Shown here: piece by piece, positions 8,476 through 15,106 of the stretch | Numbering within the stretch: the first letter of the stretch is position 1 | Layout: each line of letters starts with the position of its first letter | Assembly (NCBI GenBank): GCA_017513325.1 | Contig: JAFXGC010000147.1 | Location: 1 to 48,278 of the forward strand | Source of the DNA: Clostridia bacterium | GTDB lineage: Bacteria > Bacillota > Clostridia > Oscillospirales > CAG-272 | DNA length: 48,278 nt | Direction of reading: 5' to 3' | Notes under the pieces: generated by a model | The model's input: only the letters and a program-made list of their open reading frames with translations | Database searches by the model: none | Told to the model about the DNA's origin: nothing | Program-made: the position numbers and the translations under genes

Positions 8476-9618
8476 TTATTCCAGCTCTGCTAACCTTTTT
8501 TCGCACTTTTTATATCTCTCGTCGTTGGTGATCATGTTTTTGCCACCGTTGACCTCGGTTGAAAAACACCACCAGAAACATCCTCTCAGATCGTTTCTGA
8601 TTTCAGATAGAACCGTATCTAATTCTTCTTTTTTTAAGGTTCCTTTTGCTTTTAGTTCATTATATGATTCTATTGCAAAAATTGTATATGCTTCAATTGT
8701 TTCAAAAGCTTTATCAAACTCAGATATTGCAATATAATCGTTTGAAATCCTTCCTAACGTTTGAAGCACCCACCACAAAGTAGACCGATTTTTAAAAATC
8801 TTATGGCTATGTTTTGCAGCTTCAAGAAGATCGTTCCAAGCGGCTATTGCCTCCCATTTTCTCACATTACCGAAAATAGAAATGCATCTGGCTCTGATCC
8901 AAAGACTTCTTAAATACCTTCCTACCTCATAGAGACACATATCATCAGCTATTTCAAGGCTTTTATCATAATCCTTTTTTTCTAAATATATCTCTAAAAG
9001 CGCATCGTTTTTTGTTATGTGGTTAGAAGGAAATTCCTCTGCAATCGGCTCTGCTTTGTCAAACTCCTTTTTCAAAACCAACAACAGTAAACTTAAATAT
9101 CTTGCATGAAGAAGTCTTGTTGGATCTTTATCATAATTTTTGATCGAACCAAGAAGTTTCAATGCCTCTTCATACAGTCGCTGTTCCTCTTCAGCAGGAA
9201 TACTGTAACGTTCCCCCTCACTGCTACGGCTGATAAAATTGTATATAGCATTTGCACAAGAATACTTGGCGGTGTAGTCAAGCGGGTATTTCTTTATGTG
9301 CTCTTTATAGGTTTCATACACCATAAAGTTTGCATTATTTTCATAAGCATTGGATTTATAATTATTCCAAATTTCCTCCACTTCTTTTTTTAGGCGCTCT
9401 GTGTCTGCCTTTTGATCTCTTCCTACTCCAAGAAGGCAATCTGTTGTGACGTTGAGAATATTTGCAAGGGGCACGATTTGCGAAATATCGGGCATTGTGC
9501 TGTCGCACTCCCATTTGGACACGGACTGGGTTGAAACCATCAGCTGTTCCGCCAGCTCACTCTGCGTCATCTGTGCCTCTTTTCTCAGAAGTCTTAATCT
9601 TTGTCCAAAACTCATCAT
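8476..9618 (-). CDS. XRE-family HTH transcriptional regulator with a TPR-like C-terminal domain, paralog B
   Basis: Start set at MMSFGQRLRLLRKEAQMTQSELAEQL (ATG at 9618, RBS AAAGGAG 9 nt upstream). It is collinear with paralog A along its whole length, including the C-terminal ...NDxRxKKCExRL motif. Confidence 0.8.
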   Translation of the reverse strand: MMSFGQRLRLLRKEAQMTQSELAEQLMVSTQSVSKWECDSTMPDISQIVPLANILNVTTDCLLGVGRDQKADTERLKKEVEEIWNNYKSNAYENNANFMVYETYKEHIKKYPLDYTAKYSCANAIYNFISRSSEGERYSIPAEEEQRLYEEALKLLGSIKNYDKDPTRLLHARYLSLLLLVLKKEFDKAEPIAEEFPSNHITKNDALLEIYLEKKDYDKSLEIADDMCLYEVGRYLRSLWIRARCISIFGNVRKWEAIAAWNDLLEAAKHSHKIFKNRSTLWWVLQTLGRISNDYIAISEFDKAFETIEAYTIFAIESYNELKAKGTLKKEELDTVLSEIRNDLRGCFWWCFSTEVNGGKNMITNDERYKKCEKRLAELE

Positions 9619-9741
9619 TTCTGCTTTTCTCCTTTCATTTGCTATGAAGGATGTACATCTCTTATGTGCTAAGTATAGCAGAATTATTATTTTTCGTAAA
9701 TATAATGTTTGGAGAAATAGATTTAAAGAAATGTTTAAGTT

Positions 9742-9770
9742 TATACTATTCTTTACAAACGCACTTTCTA
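9742..9770 (+). promoter_or_regulatory. Promoter of the DUF2961/GH172 gene
   Basis: TTTACA - 17 nt - TATAAT with a TGc extended -10. RBS AAAAGGAG precedes the ATG at 9815. Confidence 0.6.
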
Positions 9771-9814
9771 ATGCTATAATTTTATAAAGAAAGTATTCGA
9801 AAAGGAGCATTATT

Positions 9815-10912
9815 ATGCTTTACGATATCCCTCATCTTCAGACGCGCTCGGCTTGCGCAGAAAATCCTACAGGAGAAAAATCCATGGGCGGACTTGCTAA
9901 TGGGGGCAAGAAAGGGTCACCTTGCGCTCAGTGGGTGGCTCCAGGTCAGGTTGTAACTTTGCTTGATGTTGAAGGCAGCGGCACTGTGCGCCACATTTGG
10001 CTCACTTTCCCCCCCTATCATCCCGATCTTTATCGCGGTCTCGTTATTCGTATGTATTGGGACGGTCAGGAACAGCCTTCGGTTGAAGCTCCCGTTGGCG
10101 ATTTCTTTGGCATTGCTCATATGAGATACAGACAGATAAGCACAGAGCTGACAGCCTTTCAGGTAAGCAACGGGCTTAACTGCTGGATCCCTATGCCCTT
10201 CAAAAAATCTGCGCGTATAACCGTTGAAAACGACTCTGACAGAATGTTCTCCGTTCTTTTCTATCAGGTTGATTTCACTTTGGGTGATGAACATTCTGAC
10301 GACATTGGGTATTTCCACGCTCAGTTCCGTCGTTCTAACTGTCATCCCTATCACGAGGACTACGTTATTCTTGACGGCATCAAGGGCAGAGGACGATATC
10401 TCGGCACAGTTCTTGGTGTTCGCAGCGTTTGCCTCCCTGAGCAATGGTGGGGCGAAGGTGAAGTTAAGATGTATTTTGACGGAGAAACTCAACCTACTTA
10501 TTGCGGAACAGGTGCTGAAGACTACGTTGGGTGCGCCTGGGGACTTGACGAGTGCATCACACCGCGCCAAGGCTGTACCGTTTGCGACAGAGAGAACAAT
10601 CTTTTTTCTTTCTATCGCTGGCACACCTGCGATCCTATTTGTTTTGAGGATTCTATCAAGGTTACTATTATGCAGATGGGGTACGGAGAAACCGAGGTTG
10701 CAAGAGAAAAATTAGGTGAAAATTTTGTTTCATATCCTGCAGCAGGAGCGGACGACGATTTTTGTTATTATGACCGCAGCGACGACTATTGCTCTGTAGC
10801 ATATTGGTATCAGACTCTGCCCACTATGCAATTCCCTCCCTTCCCTTCAAAAGAGGAGCGCTGGAAGGACATCCCTCCTGAAACTAAAACTGCAAAAAGA
10901 AATGATTTGTGA
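9815..10912 (+). CDS. DUF2961 / glycoside hydrolase family 172 protein (no signal peptide, so predicted cytoplasmic)
   Basis: Family hallmarks are present: GSGTVRHIWLTF, MYWDGQEQPSVEAPVGDFFG, NCWIPMPFKKSARITVEN, FYQVDF, FHAQFRR, WWGEGEVKMYFDGE..PTYCGTGAEDY. Confidence 0.8.
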   Translation: MLYDIPHLQTRSACAENPTGEKSMGGLANGGKKGSPCAQWVAPGQVVTLLDVEGSGTVRHIWLTFPPYHPDLYRGLVIRMYWDGQEQPSVEAPVGDFFGIAHMRYRQISTELTAFQVSNGLNCWIPMPFKKSARITVENDSDRMFSVLFYQVDFTLGDEHSDDIGYFHAQFRRSNCHPYHEDYVILDGIKGRGRYLGTVLGVRSVCLPEQWWGEGEVKMYFDGETQPTYCGTGAEDYVGCAWGLDECITPRQGCTVCDRENNLFSFYRWHTCDPICFEDSIKVTIMQMGYGETEVAREKLGENFVSYPAAGADDDFCYYDRSDDYCSVAYWYQTLPTMQFPPFPSKEERWKDIPPETKTAKRNDL

Positions 10913-10970
10913 TCAATTATAAAAAAAGCGCCCTTACATTGTTCGGCTGCTAAACGGTAATTTATGTAAC

Positions 10971-11173
10971 AAAAGGCTTCCCTTGTGGAAGGGAAGCTGT
11001 CACCTTAGGGGTTCCCCGAAACGAGCTTGTCGAGTTTTGGGGGTTCGCGTAGGTGACTGATGAGATGTGGACGTTGGCTTTAAGCTCTTTTAATATAGAG
11101 ATTCAGAATTTTTATTTACATCTCATCCCCGGCTTCGCCGTACCTTCCCTTCCAAAGGGAAGGCTTGGTGCAC
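10971..11173. repeat. MITE/REP-like palindromic intergenic element (~200 bp) bounded by ~21-bp imperfect direct repeats
   Basis: Terminal hairpins gcttccctt-gtgg-aagggaagc (left) and ccttccctt-ccaa-agggaaagg (right) are in inverted orientation. Internal inverted pairs are gtcacc/ggtgac and gatgagatgt/acatctcatc. Flanking direct repeats are ctaaacggtaatttatgtaac (10950-10970) and ctaaacgatattttatgttatc (11174-11195). Confidence 0.6.
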
Positions 11174-11207
11174 TAAACGATATTTTATGTTATCACTTCA
11201 TATAAGA

Positions 11208-11246
11208 AAAACCTTGCGTTTACCAAATGGAAACGCAAGGTTTTCT
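11208..11246. terminator. Bidirectional terminator (GH172 gene / dockerin protein 1)
   Basis: Stem accttgcgttt / aaacgcaaggt, with an A-run before and ttttc after. Confidence 0.75.
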
Positions 11247-11249
11247 ATT

Positions 11250-12422
11250 TTATCGTTTAATATTAGTGATGATATTTATGATATCACTTTCATAATCATA
11301 ATCTAAAAATCTATAGTTATACACGCCGTTATTTACCAAAGCTGCAACTACATACCCTATATGCTCATCATCAATGAGAATATCAAAGTCAAGGAATTCC
11401 CAAACCGGAGTGCCTCCAACCAACATAAAATAATCTTGATCTCCTCCTACCTCATAAAAAGAGGTTCGGCCCATAGTATCTCTTTCAATCACAAATTTTT
11501 TGCCGTTATATGTTATATCTGCATTCGTGGTGCTTTCCCAATCAATCTCGGCTCCCATGCCTTTCAATAAATTAGTTATAGAAACAAGACAATACTGGGA
11601 GTTGGCCACAGCGTGTTCATCTTCTACCTGTACTCCATTGATAACAAGAGTACCCTTCTTATCCTTAGCATATTCAATGAAATCATCAGTTGAATAGATT
11701 TTGTATGTTGATTCATACGGATATTCCCATGATAAAACATTTTCAACAAAATAATTTACATTGCCACATTTCACCAAATAAACAGGAACCCAACCCGCCG
11801 TATCAATCAAGCAAACAGTTGTAGGATACCTTGGCAACTCAATTCCATGCTCAATAAACAAATTACGAAGTTTAACAGGATCAGATAAAACCTCAACTTC
11901 TGCTTTATAAACAGGCCAATGATAATAACTACCTAATCTAAATCCTAATCCATCATCATACTGTCCGGTTATAGAATAACCGGATATTAAATCTTCGTAA
12001 CACAAATCATTTGTTGACCCCGGTATAAACGTTATACGTTCAATCCCCCAAATTCCCTCGCCTTCACTGATATTTTCAAATATCATATCAGAAAGAAAAT
12101 TTTGATATGTATGCCGGTCTACTGAGTAACATGTTAAGCTGACAATATTATCCAACTTTATCTCACCCTTTATAACCTTAGTTACAAACAAAGCATCTTT
12201 TGCATTGATCTTCCCATCACAAGTTATATCAGCTGCTTCAAATGAGTCAGCCAGCCCAACAAGAACTTTTTTAACAGTTAGCAAATCTATTGCGTTAACT
12301 GAGCCGTCAAAATTCACATCGGCGCTTATAGCAGGCAGCTCTGACGCCGATGCTTGAACAGCTAAAAGAAGTGTTATCAACATCATTGATATTAAAACAA
12401 AAAACCTCATTAAATTTTTCAT
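11250..12422 (-). CDS. Secreted protein with an N-terminal type I dockerin, a central domain of unknown function and a copper-amine-oxidase-N1-like (stalk) domain; paralog 1
   Basis: Start at MKNLMRFFVLISMMLITLLLAVQASA (RBS GGGAGGG 5 nt upstream), which reads as a signal peptide. Duplicated Ca-binding dockerin segments DVNFDGSVNAIDLLTVKK and DITCDGKINAKDALFVTK. TLVINGVQVEDEHAV...ITNLLKGMGAEIDWESTTNADITYNGKKFVI follows the Cu_amine_oxidN1 pattern. Confidence 0.75.
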   Translation of the reverse strand: MKNLMRFFVLISMMLITLLLAVQASASELPAISADVNFDGSVNAIDLLTVKKVLVGLADSFEAADITCDGKINAKDALFVTKVIKGEIKLDNIVSLTCYSVDRHTYQNFLSDMIFENISEGEGIWGIERITFIPGSTNDLCYEDLISGYSITGQYDDGLGFRLGSYYHWPVYKAEVEVLSDPVKLRNLFIEHGIELPRYPTTVCLIDTAGWVPVYLVKCGNVNYFVENVLSWEYPYESTYKIYSTDDFIEYAKDKKGTLVINGVQVEDEHAVANSQYCLVSITNLLKGMGAEIDWESTTNADITYNGKKFVIERDTMGRTSFYEVGGDQDYFMLVGGTPVWEFLDFDILIDDEHIGYVVAALVNNGVYNYRFLDYDYESDIINIITNIKR

Positions 12423-12472
12423 AGTTACCCTCCCTATAAATTTGGACATTTTCACCAATTCTATCTAATATA

Positions 12473-12500
12473 AATATATCACATTTAGTTTTTTTGTCAA
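12473..12500 (-). promoter_or_regulatory. Promoter of dockerin protein 1 (conserved with the paralog's promoter)
   Basis: Minus strand: TTGACA - 16 nt - TATATT with an upstream TG. The surrounding ~65 nt is close to identical to 13760-13812. Confidence 0.55.
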
Positions 12501-12516
12501 GTGGGTGTGTGAAAAA

Positions 12517-12549
12517 GCCCTTGCATTTACCTTTGGGTAAATGCAAGGC
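12517..12549 (-). terminator. Terminator of dockerin protein 2
   Basis: Stem gcccttgcatttacc / ggtaaatgcaaggc (one bulge), flanked by an A-run and a T-run. Confidence 0.75.
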
Positions 12550-12556
12550 TTTTTTA

Positions 12557-13723
12557 TTATTCTTTAGTACTATAATTTATTATCAGAGTATCGTTTTCCA
12601 AATCAGCATCTAACTCTTCATTATAACCAAGTTCTGATAACAGACCACTTATGAGATAATGATTAAGAAGAAGATCATTTTCACCCCATTCTATTGAAAA
12701 ACCTCTGCCGAACCCCCATAGTATTACCTCAAAATCATAGTTAACGTCATTATCAACCCCATAAAATACAGGGGAATTGTAATACTCGGGATCATTTGTT
12801 AAAACGTATCGCTCTCCGTTATAGAGTATATCTGCATAGCGCTCGTTTTTCCACTCAACCTGAGCTCCCATTGCCTCGAGAAGATTTGTGAAAGAAACAA
12901 TGCAATAGCAATAATCTTCATTTAAAACTGCATACTCATCCTCAGCAACAACTCCGTTGACAATAAGGGTGGCATTTCTTTCCTTGGCATAAGCCAGATA
13001 TTCTTCCTCGGTAAACACCTTTGGAACGACCTGAAAAATCTCATTCTCAATATATTCAACGAAATAATTTTTCTCGCCGCACTTCACCCAAGCAATCGGA
13101 TATCTATAAGGAGTATCGATCATACAAACGGTTTCGGGCTTTTCTTCCAAGTCAATACCCTGCTCTGAAAACAAGGCTTTCAGCCGAACAGAGTCGGTGA
13201 AATCTATTTTACTATATAAATCATTCCAATGCCTATTATAATACATATAATCACCGCCAGAAGGCGCAATGGACACCTCCCCCGTTTTCAAATCGGTACG
13301 ATGCCACATACGGTTTTGTTCATTATCATAGTATATAATATGTTCCTCATACATAGAGCCTTCTGAATTTCTTAAAATATCAATTCTCATATCATCAAGA
13401 AAGCTTTGAAATGTCTTGCGATCAACCGTGAATGATGTAAGATAGCCGAATTCATCGCTATAAGGCTTGCCAACGATCAATTTACTAAAGCACAAAAGAT
13501 CCTTTGCATTTACAACGCCATCATTGACTAAATCGGCATTCTTATTATACTTTTCCATGCCAACAATAATTTTCTTCACAGTTATGACATCTAAAGCGTT
13601 GATCACTCCATCAAGGTTTGCATCGCCTTTAACAACGGGCCGTTCTCCGCGCGCTGATGAACTGAAGATAAAGCATTGCATGATCATAGTTATTATTATC
13701 AACACACTAATTAGTTTTTTCAT
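12557..13723 (-). CDS. Secreted protein with an N-terminal type I dockerin, an unknown central domain and a Cu-amine-oxidase-N1-like domain; paralog 2
   Basis: Signal peptide MKKLISVLIIITMIMQCFIFSSSA. Dockerin repeats DANLDGVINALDVITVKK and DLVNDGVVNAKDLLCFSK. TLIVNGVVAEDEYAV...FTNLLEAMGAQVEWKNERYADILYNGERYVL. RBS AGGAGG. Confidence 0.75.
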   Translation of the reverse strand: MKKLISVLIIITMIMQCFIFSSSARGERPVVKGDANLDGVINALDVITVKKIIVGMEKYNKNADLVNDGVVNAKDLLCFSKLIVGKPYSDEFGYLTSFTVDRKTFQSFLDDMRIDILRNSEGSMYEEHIIYYDNEQNRMWHRTDLKTGEVSIAPSGGDYMYYNRHWNDLYSKIDFTDSVRLKALFSEQGIDLEEKPETVCMIDTPYRYPIAWVKCGEKNYFVEYIENEIFQVVPKVFTEEEYLAYAKERNATLIVNGVVAEDEYAVLNEDYCYCIVSFTNLLEAMGAQVEWKNERYADILYNGERYVLTNDPEYYNSPVFYGVDNDVNYDFEVILWGFGRGFSIEWGENDLLLNHYLISGLLSELGYNEELDADLENDTLIINYSTKE

Positions 13724-13771
13724 AGCTACCTCCTTGCAAATTGTATATTTTAACCGATACTATCTACTATA

Positions 13772-13798
13772 AATATACCATATTTAGTTTTTTGTCAA
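13772..13798 (-). promoter_or_regulatory. Promoter of dockerin protein 2
   Basis: Minus strand: TTGACA then TATATT/TATTTA at 15-17 nt. Conserved with 12473-12500. Confidence 0.55.
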
Positions 13799-13940
13799 GA
13801 GTGTGTTTAAATCCACCTGTTCTTAACTTTTGGCACATCATGATTTCCACTTGAAATCACTCCCACATTCACTACCCTATTAATAGTACGAATTACAAAG
13901 CAAAAAAACTTCAAAATTTTATAATTTTTTTATAAATATT

Positions 13941-13967
13941 AAAAACCTCCACAAAATAAGTGGAGGC
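13941..13967 (-). terminator. Terminator of the M42 peptidase gene
   Basis: Stem cctccac / gtggagg with loop aaaataa. A T-run follows on the minus strand. Confidence 0.7.
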
Positions 13968-13978
13968 TTTCTTGCTTT

Positions 13979-15001
13979 TTAGCACTCAATATATGCTTTG
14001 AGAAGAGACCACGTGCCCTCCATGCCGTCCTTATGAGTTCTTTCGTAGCCATGTGAAGCATAAACGCCCATGCCGATAAGAGCAAACTTTATATCCATAC
14101 CGGCTCTGATTGCTGTTTCTGCATCCGATCCGTAAGCAGGATAAATATCAACTGAGTAGTCGATATTATGTTCCTTGCAAATAGAAACAAGTTTTGAAAC
14201 CATTTCATAATTATAAGGTCCTCCGCTATCCTTTGCACAGATAGACACCTTCTGTTCAGAGCCGTTAAGTCCATCACCGACGCATCCCATATCTATTGCA
14301 ATAAGTGTGTCTGCCTCCTTCTGTGAAAGAAGTGAAGCCCCAAACCCCATTTCCTCATTTGCAGAGAACAAGAGGGATATCTTTTTGTCGGTTTTAATTT
14401 CCTTTATATATTTGGCAAGATATAGCAAAATTGCGGCTCCTGCTTTATCATCAAGGAATCTGCTCTTGATATATCCTGAGTCTGTGATAACAAGACGGGG
14501 GTCTACTGCAACGATGTCGCCTACCTCTATGCCCATATTCTGAACGTCTTCTTTACTGTTCACAACGTAATCAAGGACAACTTCAACACTGTCAAAATCT
14601 CTTTTTGTTTCATTATACGATTTATTTACATGCAAAGAAGCATTTTTAAGCTGGACCGTGCCTGTATACACCTTATTATCTCTTGTATAAACCTTGCAAT
14701 TTTCACATTCTATATTATTTGCATTAAGTCCGCCCAAAGCAGTTATACCCAGTCGGCCGCTTCCGCTGATTTCCTTAACCATTGCTCCAAGAGTATCTGT
14801 GTGTGCAGTTAAAATAAGATGTTCTCCATCTCCCTCACTGATATCGCAATACACACCGCCTACCTTACACATCTGAGGTTCGTATCCAAGATTTTTGAGA
14901 AAATCACAAACATAACTCTCAATCTTTTTTGTGTATCCTATAGGGCTGTCAATTGCCATTATATCTTCTAAAATTCTATAAATCTCATTAATACTACTCA
15001 T
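13979..15001 (-). CDS. M42 family metallopeptidase (glutamyl aminopeptidase / CelM-FrvX-like)
   Basis: Start set at MSSINEIYRILEDIMAIDSP (RBS GAGGTG). Metal-ligand motifs LTAHTDTLG, DDKAGAA, SANEEMG and ASHGYERTH are present. Confidence 0.85.
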   Translation of the reverse strand: MSSINEIYRILEDIMAIDSPIGYTKKIESYVCDFLKNLGYEPQMCKVGGVYCDISEGDGEHLILTAHTDTLGAMVKEISGSGRLGITALGGLNANNIECENCKVYTRDNKVYTGTVQLKNASLHVNKSYNETKRDFDSVEVVLDYVVNSKEDVQNMGIEVGDIVAVDPRLVITDSGYIKSRFLDDKAGAAILLYLAKYIKEIKTDKKISLLFSANEEMGFGASLLSQKEADTLIAIDMGCVGDGLNGSEQKVSICAKDSGGPYNYEMVSKLVSICKEHNIDYSVDIYPAYGSDAETAIRAGMDIKFALIGMGVYASHGYERTHKDGMEGTWSLLKAYIEC

Positions 15002-15029
15002 ACTACACCTCACCGATAGATATATATTT

Positions 15030-15058
15030 ATTGTATCATCTGTTTTTTCATATGTCAA
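15030..15058 (-). promoter_or_regulatory. Promoter of the M42 peptidase gene
   Basis: Minus strand: TTGACA - 17 nt - TACAAT. Confidence 0.6.
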
Positions 15059-15065
15059 CGGACTG

Positions 15066-15098
15066 AAAAACAAAAAGCACTTCCCAAAGGAAGTGCTT
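15066..15098 (-). terminator. Terminator of the fakB-fakA operon
   Basis: Stem agcacttcc / ggaagtgct with loop caaa. TTTTTGTTTTT follows on the minus strand. Confidence 0.8.
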
Positions 15099-15106
15099 TT
15101 ACTTTA

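Noticed and set aside
9619-9810. 64-codon in-frame N-terminal extension of regulator B in the ORF track.
   Set aside because: The extension is AT-rich Leu/Ile/Asn filler covering the promoter region. The ATG at 9618 has a good RBS and matches the start of paralog A.
9917-10715. 235-aa minus-strand and 163-aa plus-strand ORFs inside the GH172 gene.
   Set aside because: They overlap a frame with clear DUF2961 motifs and have no independent support.
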